A DNA stretch of 64,000 bases from Salinispira sp. (GCA_965226555.1 CBDDDG010000021.1:352001-416000), one strand, 5' to 3'. Shown: positions 19,224 to 29,214, numbered from the stretch's first letter. Notes: a model not told the origin generated them from the sequence alone. Program-made: numbers and translations.

Positions 19224-20828
19224 ATGAAAATTAAAGGAATAACCTTTTGTATTTTCTGCGCAATATCCATTGCGTTGATTTCTGGATGCCCAACACCAGA
19301 ACCGGAACCCGGGCCAACTGCGCCGCCTGTTATGTCTGCTCCGACTCTCACAGCGGGAAACGGACAACTTACAGCCTCATGGATTGATCCGACTACATGG
19401 AATTGGGGAGATAACAAAGCGGTCAACGCTATTACCTCGTACAATCTGCGCTATCGGGAAGTCGGCAGCGAGAGCTGGACGGAGATTAACTCCGGTATAA
19501 CCGGCACAAGCCACACCATTACCGAACTGACAAACGGCGACACCTACCACGTGCAGGTGCGCGCCATCAACGCTCAGGGCACTGGCGGCTGGTCGGCATC
19601 TGCCACAGCAACACCTATTGCGCCGCCAACTGCGCCCCCTGTCGCGCCGGGCACAATGGCTGCTCCAACCCTTGAAGTGGGGAATGGACAGCTCATTGCG
19701 ACATGGACTGCGCCGGAAAATGATGGCGGCAGCCCCATTACCGGGTATGAACTGCAATATCGCACAGATGCTGGAGCATGGACGCGCATTAGCTCCGGCA
19801 TTGCCTGCGAAAACAGCGAGGGGCAGACAGAAGTCTGTCATTTTTCCTTCTCATCGTACTCTTCCTACACAATTCACAGCATTACGGCAGACGGCGCCAA
19901 CTACCAACTACAGGTACGCGCCGTCAACGCGCAGGGCAGTGGCGAATGGTCTGCAACAGCAATGTTGCTTTTTGCAACGCAGGTTCCTGCGGGCGAGGCA
20001 GCGGTCGCAATTTTTCCGGCTGATATTGATAACCCCATTGCCCCTGAAATTGTCACTGAGCTCAGCATTTCTTTGACCGCGGTGGGGGCGAGCAATATCA
20101 TCACGGTCGGTGATGGAGACATTACGTCGGTCACCTCCGTAGCGACGCCCAATGGAGTTACCCCGCCGACTGTTGATTCGAGCAGCGGACTTATTACGCT
20201 TACGGTTACCGCAGATACAACGGCAGGAACATATGTGATATATGACAACAATGCAACCGGAACCGATGGTCTCCTCTTTGCCGAATATTTCTTTGTTACT
20301 GAGAGTCCTCAAGATAAAACTCAACTGCAAACACGGGTAACTGAGGGTATAGATACTTGGGGCAATACTGGTAATTTCAACTACATCATTACCGCTACAG
20401 TAACGGATATGTCTAGCATTTTCAATAGTAAAACCTCATTCAATGGCGATATCTCCGGCTGGGATGTCAGCGCGGTAACGAATATGTTTCAGATGTTCAA
20501 TAACGCAAGCGCATTCAATGGCGATATCTCCGCTTGGGATGTCGGTTCGGTAACGATTACAACCCAGATGTTCAATAGCGCTGCTACATTCAATACCGAT
20601 ATCTCCGGCTGGGATGTCGGCTCTTTAACGACTATGCCCTTTATGTTCAATTCTGCAATCGCATTCAATGTCGATCTTGAGGAGTGGAAGGATCATTGGA
20701 CGCTTGATGGCGATGGAAAATATACCGGAACCATAGTAAGTATGTTTGATGGTTCCGGTGTGGTGTCGAATACGGACGGGTCGGATATGAGTAAGCCTAC
20801 AGGTGTTGGTACTCCATCATGGTATTAG
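19224..20828 (+). CDS. Fn3 (x2) + DUF285/BspA-like repeat (x4) surface lipoprotein
   Basis: SD GGAGG; lipobox ISGC-PTPEPEP; Fn3 Y.VQVRA.NA.G.G.WS; FNGDISxWDV repeats; ends PSWY. Confidence 0.88.
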   Translation: MKIKGITFCIFCAISIALISGCPTPEPEPGPTAPPVMSAPTLTAGNGQLTASWIDPTTWNWGDNKAVNAITSYNLRYREVGSESWTEINSGITGTSHTITELTNGDTYHVQVRAINAQGTGGWSASATATPIAPPTAPPVAPGTMAAPTLEVGNGQLIATWTAPENDGGSPITGYELQYRTDAGAWTRISSGIACENSEGQTEVCHFSFSSYSSYTIHSITADGANYQLQVRAVNAQGSGEWSATAMLLFATQVPAGEAAVAIFPADIDNPIAPEIVTELSISLTAVGASNIITVGDGDITSVTSVATPNGVTPPTVDSSSGLITLTVTADTTAGTYVIYDNNATGTDGLLFAEYFFVTESPQDKTQLQTRVTEGIDTWGNTGNFNYIITATVTDMSSIFNSKTSFNGDISGWDVSAVTNMFQMFNNASAFNGDISAWDVGSVTITTQMFNSAATFNTDISGWDVGSLTTMPFMFNSAIAFNVDLEEWKDHWTLDGDGKYTGTIVSMFDGSGVVSNTDGSDMSKPTGVGTPSWY

Positions 20829-20871
20829 TTTCATAGCCCCCAGCGGTTATTGAAAAGTGACAAGTCAACTC

Positions 20872-20909
20872 AGGCAGGCACGGAAAAAAAATCCGTGCCT
20901 GCCTTTTTT
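20872..20909 (+). terminator. Intrinsic terminator shared by the three DUF285 genes
   Basis: aggcaggcacgga-loop-tccgtgcctgcct-ttttt. Confidence 0.85.
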
Positions 20910-21231
20910 CGATTGCTCGCCATGCGTCTGTTGCTGAGGCGGGGGGGCTGGTCGCGCTGCTCGCCATGCAGCCGGGCTGGTCGGAGGCTTGCGTCCGGCT
21001 CGCTTATGCGCGCTCAATTTTCGGGCTATATCTTACGCAGTCAGTCGGATATCGCCATAAACGCGCTATCCTGAGCGCACCCCTTCCCGTCCACTCACCC
21101 GCATTTCAGAGCCCTCCCCTCCCGTAGCCCCAAAAAAATCACACATTTTGCAAAATTCTTTCAAATTCTCTCAAAAAACATAGTCAAAAATGACTTTTTA
21201 CCCGTTATAGATATAGAGGGGAGAATTCACC

Positions 21232-21306
21232 ATGGGACCATGTCGCCATGGGAACTCCCCTATTCAGAAAGAAACGTTCAGAAAAACCTTCAGGAGGATT
21301 GTATGA
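21232..21306 (+). CDS. Putative 24-aa leader ORF coupled to the rpn start
   Basis: SD GAGGGGAG; MGPCRHGNSPIQKETFRKTFRRIV*; its TGA overlaps the ATG at 21303. Confidence 0.35.
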   Translation: MGPCRHGNSPIQKETFRKTFRRIV

Positions 21307-22379
21307 TCGATTTCAAAGAAAAACCCGCCCCCGTTCCCTACGACCAAGGATACCGCTCCCTGCTGTTCCAACCCGCAATAATGCTCCAATTTCTTCAACG
21401 CTTTGTCGGAGGCGCATGGACGAAAAAATTGCGAACCGAGGACATAACCATTGAAAACGGTACCTTTTTCATTGACCATGCGAAAACACGGATGGCCGAC
21501 ATTGTCTGCAAAATCAGAACTCGGGATCACACGGGAGATGTTGCTATCTATGTGCTCCTTGAGCATCAGTCTGGAGTGGACAAAGACATGCCCATCCGCA
21601 TGTCGGAATATACGAATCTGCTCTATAGAAACATTCACCGCTCCGGCGCAATTCCCGATGACTGCGAGTTGGTATTTCTGCCCATTGTGTTCTATAATGG
21701 CACGAGAAAATGGAAGGTGCCGGGGAATGTCAGGGAGCAGAATACGCGGGAATTCCCGCAGTATCTTGCTCCTTTTCCCTACGATCTTATTAGCGAGAGC
21801 GATTATTCTGCGGAGCAGCTGCAGCAGCGGGGAAGAATGTTTGCGGCTGTTATGTACCTTGATCTGTACTCGAAAAATCTGCTGAATACGGATTGGGACA
21901 TTCAGAAGGTGGAGAAAGCGATAGCAGAAATGCTGAATGAGGAATCGCTGGAGCTGATAAAGGAATTTATCGGCGTGGTAGATTCGATGTTCGGAATTGT
22001 TATAGATTTAGATACGTTAATGAATCAATTAGAAAGAACAAAAGAACCGAGAGGTAAGGAGGTAGCGAAAATGTTCAGAATGAATGCGGAAACATTCAGA
22101 GCTCACATTGCGGAGATGGGTCGGCAGGAAGGACTACAGACAGGACTGCGAACAGGTCGACAGGAAGGCCGTGAAGAAGGTCGGCAGGAAGGATTGCAGA
22201 CAGGTCGTGAAGAAGGACTTCAGACAGGACTGCAGAAAGGACTACAGACAGGTCGGCAAGAAGGCATTCGAGAAACGGCCCGCAGTATGTTTTTGGAAGG
22301 GTTGTCGACCGAGGCTGTTCAGAGAATTACCGGGCTGAGCGATGAGGAAATGCGCACATTGCGAAACGGGTCGCATTAA
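21303..22379 (+). CDS. Rpn/YhgA-like PD-(D/E)XK nuclease (Transposase_31 family), intact
   Basis: YDQGYRSLLF, RMADIV, YVLLEHQS..DKDMPIRM..Y, PIVFYNG..KW; C-terminal G.QEG 4-aa repeats; SD AGGAGG. Confidence 0.9.
   Translation: MIDFKEKPAPVPYDQGYRSLLFQPAIMLQFLQRFVGGAWTKKLRTEDITIENGTFFIDHAKTRMADIVCKIRTRDHTGDVAIYVLLEHQSGVDKDMPIRMSEYTNLLYRNIHRSGAIPDDCELVFLPIVFYNGTRKWKVPGNVREQNTREFPQYLAPFPYDLISESDYSAEQLQQRGRMFAAVMYLDLYSKNLLNTDWDIQKVEKAIAEMLNEESLELIKEFIGVVDSMFGIVIDLDTLMNQLERTKEPRGKEVAKMFRMNAETFRAHIAEMGRQEGLQTGLRTGRQEGREEGRQEGLQTGREEGLQTGLQKGLQTGRQEGIRETARSMFLEGLSTEAVQRITGLSDEEMRTLRNGSH
22071..22379 (+). CDS. Putative internally initiated small Rpn protein (RpnS-type antitoxin)
   Basis: In-frame AAGGAGG-tagcgaaa-ATG just before the 4-aa repeats. 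Confidence 0.65.
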   Translation: MFRMNAETFRAHIAEMGRQEGLQTGLRTGRQEGREEGRQEGLQTGREEGLQTGLQKGLQTGRQEGIRETARSMFLEGLSTEAVQRITGLSDEEMRTLRNGSH

Positions 22380-22399
22380 GTTGGAACCGCTCTGTCTGC

Positions 22400-22428
22400 T
22401 TGACATGATGTCCCAATGATGCTAAGCT
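22400..22428 (+). promoter_or_regulatory. sigma70 promoter for rplU
   Basis: TTGACA-17 nt-TAAGCT with TG extension. Confidence 0.6.
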
Positions 22429-22482
22429 CGGAAATTATCAACGAAATGTGTTGAAAGCCAAATTTTATCAGGAATTACATTC

Positions 22483-22794
22483 ATGTATGCATTAATAGAT
22501 ATCAGAGGTAAGCAATATCGGGCGGAAAAGGATGCTCTCATTCAGGTCGATAGATTGCATGAGGAAGCAGGGGCGCAAATTACGTTCAATTCTGTTCTTC
22601 TTCTTAATTCCGGGAAGGATGTGAAGGTCGGACTTCCATATGTTAAGGGAGCAAAGGTTACGGCGGAAGTTGTTGAACACCTGCGGGGGAAAAAAATTAC
22701 GGTATTTAAGTATCGCCGCAGAAAAGATTCCATGAGCAAAAATGGCCACCGTTCACATTATTCCATTCTGAAAATAACCGATATCACCATGTGA
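22483..22794 (+). CDS. rplU: 50S ribosomal protein L21
   Basis: MYALI..GKQY, RGKKITVFKY, GHR. Confidence 0.96.
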   Translation: MYALIDIRGKQYRAEKDALIQVDRLHEEAGAQITFNSVLLLNSGKDVKVGLPYVKGAKVTAEVVEHLRGKKITVFKYRRRKDSMSKNGHRSHYSILKITDITM

Positions 22795-22853
22795 ATTGCG
22801 CTATATGTGCGCCATTGTCAGCAGCCCTGAGTTTGCTGCCGCGGATCTTACCT

Positions 22854-23192
22854 ATGATACACTGTGTAATTACGGAATCGTCCGGTGTTCTTCGAAGGCT
22901 TGAATCGAAGGGGCATGCTCATACGGACAGTCGGCAGGGAGCGGTGAGTATTTCCTGCGCTGCCGTCAGCGCGCTTATCAGGAGTCTTGGAATGGCTCTT
23001 GAAAAGCGAAGTGATGTAGAAGTTCGTGTTCATACCCTTTCCCCGGGAAATGTATGTTTTCACATTGTTTCATCAGCGCCGGAATCGCAGGGCTGGCTTC
23101 GGGGTCTTACGGATATGTTTATTCAGGGAATGGAAGGAGTGAAAAACGATTTTCCCGATCAAATTTCCTTTGAGAGAAAAAAATCGATATAA
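22854..23192 (+). CDS. prp: Ribosomal-processing cysteine protease Prp (YsxB family)
   Basis: GHA...SCAAVSA motif; follows rplU. Confidence 0.8.
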   Translation: MIHCVITESSGVLRRLESKGHAHTDSRQGAVSISCAAVSALIRSLGMALEKRSDVEVRVHTLSPGNVCFHIVSSAPESQGWLRGLTDMFIQGMEGVKNDFPDQISFERKKSI

Positions 23193-23198
23193 CCTAAA

Positions 23199-23570
23199 AT
23201 GAGCAACTTCCGTTTTGAAAAAATTACATCCCGTCTTCAGCACCTTCTCAATGAAATCATTGTAAATAATGAGATCAAAGATCATCGGGTGAATAGCCTC
23301 TTAAGCGTCAGCGCCGTTGAGCTTTCCCGCGATGGTTCGCATGCAAAAATTAAGGTAAGCGGGTATCTTGCGAAGAATGACTTAGATGAGGGCATAGTTG
23401 GTCTCAATAGCGCTGCGGGGTATATTCAGAAAATTGTCGCATCGCGTCTTCATACGCGTCGTACCCCAAAACTCACCTTCATAAAAGACGAAGCGCTCAT
23501 TCATGGCATGGAAATATCACAGCGCCTAAAAAAATTATCCGATGATCCTCCCAGCGCTCTACCTCATTAA
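23199..23570 (+). CDS. rbfA: Ribosome-binding factor A
   Basis: IKDHRV, VELSRDGSHAKI, LNSAAGYIQ, RRTPKLTF. Confidence 0.92.
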   Translation: MSNFRFEKITSRLQHLLNEIIVNNEIKDHRVNSLLSVSAVELSRDGSHAKIKVSGYLAKNDLDEGIVGLNSAAGYIQKIVASRLHTRRTPKLTFIKDEALIHGMEISQRLKKLSDDPPSALPH

Positions 23571-24468
23571 CAAACCCCCCGGCATAACCAGCTTTCAATT
23601 TCTTTCTCCCATTAAAAAGCGGCTCGGTACAAAAAAAATTGGTCATGCGGGCACGCTCGATAAATTTGCGGAGGGTCTCATGGTGGTTCTGGCAGGGCAG
23701 GCAACACGATTTGCGGAGTATCTTGCGAATCTCGATAAATCGTATTGTGCTGAGCTGAGCTTTGGAGCCGAGACAGATACATTAGACCCTCACGGCAGGG
23801 TTGCGGCTACCGGTCCATTACCGCATAGGGATTCGCTGCTCAGATGCATGAGGCAATTTCAGGGAAAAATAGATCAGACGCCGCCTGAATTTTCTGCCAT
23901 TCACATACAGGGAAAAAGAGCTTATCAACGCGCCCGCTCTGGAGAAGAATTTACGATGCCGACCCGCAGAATACATATATATTCTCTTCGCCTGCTCAAT
24001 TATGATGGTTCTCATGCGTCAATTTCTCTTGAATGCTCGAAGGGAACCTATGTGCGGAGCCTTGCCCGCGATATTGCCCATTGCGCGGGAACCCGGGCTC
24101 ATCTCACACAACTTCAGAGAACCTCCATTGGCGCATTCACCTCACTCAATGCCCTTGATCTTGACGATTTTCTCGCACTCTCGAACGCGGAAATAGGAAA
24201 ACGCCGTATCTGGGGCAGTAAGCTTCTTCAGGCAGTTCCCCATATCCAGAAAATCACAATATCCGATACTATACTGCCGGCTATCAGAAATGGTAAACAA
24301 TTATACCTCTCCGACATTGCCGGCGCATCAGCAGAATTGGAACCTGGCCTCAGCGCCTTAGTGAATAGTTCGGATGACATACAGGCCATTGTTGAAGTGC
24401 CGGAAGATCTTTCATCTGCGCCGGTACGGATAAAATACCGAAGAGTATTTTATACACTTGACATATAG
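23542..24468 (+). CDS. truB: tRNA pseudouridine(55) synthase
   Basis: NKPPGITSF, GHAGTLD, CSKGTYVRSLARD. Confidence 0.96.
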   Translation: MILPALYLINKPPGITSFQFLSPIKKRLGTKKIGHAGTLDKFAEGLMVVLAGQATRFAEYLANLDKSYCAELSFGAETDTLDPHGRVAATGPLPHRDSLLRCMRQFQGKIDQTPPEFSAIHIQGKRAYQRARSGEEFTMPTRRIHIYSLRLLNYDGSHASISLECSKGTYVRSLARDIAHCAGTRAHLTQLQRTSIGAFTSLNALDLDDFLALSNAEIGKRRIWGSKLLQAVPHIQKITISDTILPAIRNGKQLYLSDIAGASAELEPGLSALVNSSDDIQAIVEVPEDLSSAPVRIKYRRVFYTLDI

Positions 24469-24486
24469 ATTGATTATCATCATAAT
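24458..24486 (+). promoter_or_regulatory. sigma70 promoter for rpsO
   Basis: TTGACA-17 nt-CATAAT. Confidence 0.55.
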
Positions 24487-24545
24487 TATTCAGAAATTTT
24501 TATGCGGTAAGATAATTACCGGACGAAAAAAAGGAGTTACAATAC

Positions 24546-24815
24546 ATGCCGCTTTTGAAAACACGGGTGGAGAAAATTATAAAAGAATTTGGAAGTTCTG
24601 AACAAGACTCTGGTAGAACAGAGGTGCAGATTGCTCTTTTACATGAGAGAATCCATGAACTGAATGAGCATCTTCAAACCCATAAAAAAGACCACGCATC
24701 CCGTCGCGGACTGCTTAAGCTTGTCGGACAGCGGCGCAGGCTACTCCGCTATTTAAAGCGGAAAAATCTTGAAAGTTATCGTGCTATTCTTGCAAAATTA
24801 GGTCTGCGAAAATAG
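24546..24815 (+). CDS. rpsO: 30S ribosomal protein S15
   Basis: [34 protein letters not shown]. Confidence 0.97.
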   Translation: MPLLKTRVEKIIKEFGSSEQDSGRTEVQIALLHERIHELNEHLQTHKKDHASRRGLLKLVGQRRRLLRYLKRKNLESYRAILAKLGLRK

Positions 24816-24818
24816 TAC

Positions 24819-25017
24819 AAAGTTTTGCAGAAATAAAATTTTCTGCAAATTGAGAGAATGCTGAGAATAGAAAAAGCATTCCAACCCGGACGTATGGGCA
24901 AGCGGGAGGCGCAGCCTCCGACCAGCCCTCTGAAACCTGCGCGTTACGCAAAAGTTTCATGTAGAAAATTTTGCATTGGAAAATTGTGCGTGCACAATTT
25001 CCAGTAGCAAAAGTTTC
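24819..25017. repeat. Composite palindromic element between rpsO and pnp
   Basis: Hairpin + gagaatgct body + GC module + long nested hairpin; bracketed by the atagtaca/tgtactat inverted repeat. Confidence 0.85.
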
Positions 25018-25039
25018 ATGTACTATCTTAGGAGAACCA

Positions 25040-27328
25040 ATGCATCGTATCGCATTACAAATTGGGGCGGAAACCCTTACTCTTGAAACCGGCAGAATGG
25101 CTAAGCAGGCAAATGGATCTGTATTTGCTACCTTAGGCGAATCTGCTGTTATCGCAACAACCTGTTGCGGATCAGAACCAGTGGAAGGACTCGATTACGT
25201 CCCTCTTTCTGTCGAATATAACGAAAAATATTATGCCGCAGGCAAAATTCCCGGGGGCTTCCTGAAACGGGAAGGGCGCCCGAAGGATAAGGAAATACTT
25301 GTCTCACGCCTCATTGATCGGCCCCTGCGCCCGCTTTTCGACAAGGCATTCGGCAGGGAGATACAGGTTGTTCCAACAGTTATTTCAACCGATATGGTAA
25401 ACCCGCCGGATATACTTGGCATGGTTGCCGCATCGGCTTCTGTTGTTATTTCAGACATTCCCTTCAATGGTCCTGTGGGGGCTGTGCGGGTGAGTCTGAC
25501 GAATGATGAATACATCATTAATCCATCATTCCAGCAAATTTCTCAGAGCACACTGGATATTGTTGTTGCAGGTACTATGGACGGTATTACCATGGTCGAA
25601 GGCGGCGCAAAGGAAGTGAGTGAAGAGCAGATGATTGAGGCCATTGAGAAGGCCCGTCCTGTTATTACACAAATTTGCGAACTTCAGATGGAACTGCAGA
25701 AACTGGCAGGCAAAAGTAAGTTGCCCATTCAGAAGGAAAAAGACGATCTTGAATGCGCCGATGCCATACGCTCGAAAGCGCGAGCGGGAATGGAAAAGGC
25801 CTGTTTTATAAAGGGTAAATTTGAACGGCGTGAAGCCATAAACGCAATTATCCATGAATGCGCCGCCGAATTTGCCGACAAACTTGCGGAAGGGAGCGAA
25901 AAGCAATTTCATGCGATCTTTGAAGATATGGAACAGAGCATTCTCCGCACTTCCATTATTGAAAAAAATCTTCGTGTAGATGGAAGGTCTCCCGTTGACA
26001 TTCGTCCGATACGTGTTGAGAAAGATGTGCTCCCGAGGGCCCATGGTTCGGCCTTGTTTACCAGAGGAGAAACGCAGGCTCTGGCAGTAACAACTCTCGG
26101 TACCGTAAACGATGAGCAGGTTCGGGATGACATTGATGGAGACAGGCGCGAGTCCTTTATGCTCCACTATAACTTTCCCCCATTTAGTGTTGGTGAAACA
26201 GGCCGCCTCGGAACCGGCCGCAGAGAAATTGGTCACGGACATCTTGCCTACAGGGCATTGTCTTCTGTACTGCCGGTAAAGCATGATTTTCCATATACAA
26301 TCCGGATTGTTTCCGAAGTTCTCGAATCAAACGGATCATCATCCATGGCAACAGTCTGCGCCGGTGCGCTCTCCCTCCTCAATGCGGGGGTTCCTGTGAG
26401 CAAGCCGGTCGCCGGTATTGCAATGGGAATGGTTCAGGAAGGTGAAAATACTGTCATACTCAGTGATATTCTTGGAGAAGAGGATCATTTGGGCGATATG
26501 GATTTTAAGGTTGCGGGCACGGAAAATGGAATTACTGCCTTCCAGATGGATATAAAGGTCTCAAATGTCAGCCCTGAAATAATGAAAACAGCGCTTTCTC
26601 AGGCTCGTGAAGGACGTTTGCACATACTTAACATTATGAATGAGCTCATATCGGAACCGCAGACTGAGTTGAGTGAGTATGCTCCCCGTATTATCACCTT
26701 CACTGTCGATGCCGATGTTATCGGAACCCTCATTGGTCCCGGCGGTAAAACAATTAAGAGCGTAAATGAAAAGTATGGAGTCGAAACCAACATTGAAAAC
26801 AGCGGCACCATTACCATCTATTCCACGAATGCGGATGCTGCCCGCAAAGCCAAGGACAGCTTTCTCACTCTCCTAGAAGACCCTGAGGTCGGGAGGGTAT
26901 ACGATGGCGTTGTCAGGCGGATAACCGATTTCGGCGCCTTCATTGAAATACTGCCCGGTAAGGACGGGCTGTGCCACATTTCAAAAATGTCAAAGGAACG
27001 GATTGATAAGGTTGAAGATGTTCTTCAGATGAATCAGCAGGTGAGCGTGCGGGTTATTGAGGTTGATAGAATGGGTCGGGTGAATCTGACAACTCTTATT
27101 GATGAAGATATCAAACCATACCGGAGAGATGACGGCGGGCCGCACCGGAGAGACGGAGGCGGGTCGCACCGAAGAGACGGCGGCGGATCGCATCGGCACG
27201 ATGGCGGCGGTTCACATCGTCGGGATAGCGGACCCTACCGGAGAGATGACGGTGGTTCGCACCGGAGAGATGACGGCTCCTATAACAGACGAAAACCAAA
27301 CCATCGCCCAAGGAATCCGCGAGGCTAG
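25040..27328 (+). CDS. pnp: Polyribonucleotide nucleotidyltransferase with RRDGGGSH-repeat tail
   Basis: ETGRMAKQANG, RREIGHG, ESNGSSSMA, DMDFKVAG, KH and S1 domains; SD AGGAG before ATG 25040. Confidence 0.97.
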   Translation: MHRIALQIGAETLTLETGRMAKQANGSVFATLGESAVIATTCCGSEPVEGLDYVPLSVEYNEKYYAAGKIPGGFLKREGRPKDKEILVSRLIDRPLRPLFDKAFGREIQVVPTVISTDMVNPPDILGMVAASASVVISDIPFNGPVGAVRVSLTNDEYIINPSFQQISQSTLDIVVAGTMDGITMVEGGAKEVSEEQMIEAIEKARPVITQICELQMELQKLAGKSKLPIQKEKDDLECADAIRSKARAGMEKACFIKGKFERREAINAIIHECAAEFADKLAEGSEKQFHAIFEDMEQSILRTSIIEKNLRVDGRSPVDIRPIRVEKDVLPRAHGSALFTRGETQALAVTTLGTVNDEQVRDDIDGDRRESFMLHYNFPPFSVGETGRLGTGRREIGHGHLAYRALSSVLPVKHDFPYTIRIVSEVLESNGSSSMATVCAGALSLLNAGVPVSKPVAGIAMGMVQEGENTVILSDILGEEDHLGDMDFKVAGTENGITAFQMDIKVSNVSPEIMKTALSQAREGRLHILNIMNELISEPQTELSEYAPRIITFTVDADVIGTLIGPGGKTIKSVNEKYGVETNIENSGTITIYSTNADAARKAKDSFLTLLEDPEVGRVYDGVVRRITDFGAFIEILPGKDGLCHISKMSKERIDKVEDVLQMNQQVSVRVIEVDRMGRVNLTTLIDEDIKPYRRDDGGPHRRDGGGSHRRDGGGSHRHDGGGSHRRDSGPYRRDDGGSHRRDDGSYNRRKPNHRPRNPRG
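27119..27292 (+). repeat. ~7 x 24-bp repeats in the pnp 3' end
   Basis: (Y/H)RRD(D/G/S)GG(S/P) units. Confidence 0.85.
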
Positions 27329-27345
27329 GGGAACGCAGGGCCATC

Positions 27346-27834
27346 ATGAACGACGAAAGCCGCCCGCAGGAAAATCGGCAGAGAAGCCACCCGCGCATTT
27401 CCATACGCTGCCATGTTTCCGGCGGCGGCCCTGTGCCATTCTACGGAACGCCGTATTCATCGGGCTGTGACATCGCAGTAGCAATTTCACAGCCTGTGAA
27501 TGTTCGCCCCATGGAGCGGGCGCTTCTTCCAACGGGAATCCGCCTAGAAATTCCAGCCGGATACGAGGCCCAGATACGCCTTCGTTCGGGAAAGTCGCTG
27601 AACGGTCTGATCCTGCCCAATGCGCCCGCAACCATTGATGCCGATTACCGCGGTGAAATAAAACTCATATGCGCAAATGTGGGCATTGAACCGATTCTCA
27701 TACAGCCCGGCGAGAAAATTGCCCAACTTGTCTTTGCCCCGGTCGTCCATGCCAATTTTATTGAAGTTGAAAACGAGGAAGATTTACTGAAAAGCACACG
27801 GGGCGGTAAGGGCTTTGGAAGTACCGGATTCTGA
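27346..27834 (+). CDS. dut: dUTP diphosphatase
   Basis: PTGI, QIR.RSG, TIDADYRGEI, IAQLV, RGGKGFGSTG. Confidence 0.95.
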   Translation: MNDESRPQENRQRSHPRISIRCHVSGGGPVPFYGTPYSSGCDIAVAISQPVNVRPMERALLPTGIRLEIPAGYEAQIRLRSGKSLNGLILPNAPATIDADYRGEIKLICANVGIEPILIQPGEKIAQLVFAPVVHANFIEVENEEDLLKSTRGGKGFGSTGF

Positions 27835-29146
27835 CATGACAATTCCCTCAGCTATCGGGCGCAGCCGCGCACCCTATGATAGAAAAATACCATTACCCGG
27901 TCTTATGTTACAGCGCTATATATGCGCGGAATATTTGTTTTCGTTTTTTGTGGCATTTCTGTTTTTCGTTTCCATTTTTTTTGTTAACCAAATACTTGTG
28001 CTCGCCAGAAATCAGTTGGCGGAGATGGTCTCACTGCTGGATACCCTGCGCCTTATTCTCTACGCATTGCCGGCAATTATCGCGCTTGCGGTGCCCTATG
28101 CATCCTTCATTGGTGTTATTCTGGCAATTGGTAAACTCAGCGAGGGTTGCGAGATTCTTGCCGCAAGAGCCAACGGGTTCGGCATATTTACCCTCCTCAT
28201 TCCGGTGTTACTCACTGCGCTGGGGCTCAGCAGTATATCGTTCATGGTTAATGATTATTTACTGCCGGTAAGTACAATGAATTACAGTCGATTTTATCAG
28301 GAATTACTTTACTCAAACCCCCGGCTGGTAATTGAACCCTATGCTATCCGAAAATATGACAATAGCATTCTCATTACCGGCAATGTCGATGATCTGAGTA
28401 TCGATGGTCTTATGATTCTCGACAAAACAAACGATGGCACTGACCGCACAATAAATGCCCGTCAGGCTGAACTGCAGCGCAATGATCGTCAACAGGGAAT
28501 TATCACACTTAAGCTGGAAAATGTGGAAATGTTCAGCATGACCAATTCAATTATCCAAGAGAGTTCCGCGGACTCCATGGAATACAATATCCTCCTTGAA
28601 GACATTGCGCTCAGTGTCGGTAATCCAAGTGTGCGTGAAATGAGTGCCAGAGATGTGCATGGACTCATACAGGAGCAGGAAATAGTCGCGGAAACCCAAT
28701 TCAAAACCGATCTGATGCAGTATGTTAATGCCGCTTCGGCATTCTATATCAATTACTTCGCCCACATAGCCATGGAAAACAGCAATGATCATTCGCAGAT
28801 TTTAGATTATCATAAAAACCTTCCCGAACTTCCCAGGGAGTCCGGATATAATCGCACGCTCAGGTTATATCGGATGGAATTCTGGAAAAAATTTTCCATA
28901 CCCTTTGCAAGCCTGACCTTTATTCTCATAGGATTTCCGCTTGGCCTCACAGCTTTGAAGGTTGGAAGAAATGTCGGTATCTTTACCGGCTTTCTTCTCG
29001 GCGGAATATACTGGGGACTGCTTCTTCTCAATGAGTTTATCGGCATTCGGCTCATTGAGGTTCCGACCTTCTTCATTGCCTTTTCCCCCAATTTTGCAAT
29101 GATTATCGTTGGCATTTTATTGATCCGTCTTTACTTCAAGCACTGA
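27815..29146 (+). CDS. LptF/LptG (YjgP/YjgQ) family permease
   Basis: 3+3 TM layout, EILAARANG, KFSIPF; paired with the next gene; start uncertain. Confidence 0.85.
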   Translation: MEVPDSDMTIPSAIGRSRAPYDRKIPLPGLMLQRYICAEYLFSFFVAFLFFVSIFFVNQILVLARNQLAEMVSLLDTLRLILYALPAIIALAVPYASFIGVILAIGKLSEGCEILAARANGFGIFTLLIPVLLTALGLSSISFMVNDYLLPVSTMNYSRFYQELLYSNPRLVIEPYAIRKYDNSILITGNVDDLSIDGLMILDKTNDGTDRTINARQAELQRNDRQQGIITLKLENVEMFSMTNSIIQESSADSMEYNILLEDIALSVGNPSVREMSARDVHGLIQEQEIVAETQFKTDLMQYVNAASAFYINYFAHIAMENSNDHSQILDYHKNLPELPRESGYNRTLRLYRMEFWKKFSIPFASLTFILIGFPLGLTALKVGRNVGIFTGFLLGGIYWGLLLLNEFIGIRLIEVPTFFIAFSPNFAMIIVGILLIRLYFKH

Positions 29147-29214
29147 GAAAATCGCTCGCAACGCAAAACTTTCCATTATGTGTATGCAAAGTGTGAGACA
29201 GAATCATACAAATT

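Noticed and set aside
24971..25039. ORF-track N-terminal extensions (pnp 24971, CANSDH 54006, 47174, 34894, 37198, 35695, 60680)
   Set aside because: They start inside the palindromic repeats; better SD-supported starts lie downstream
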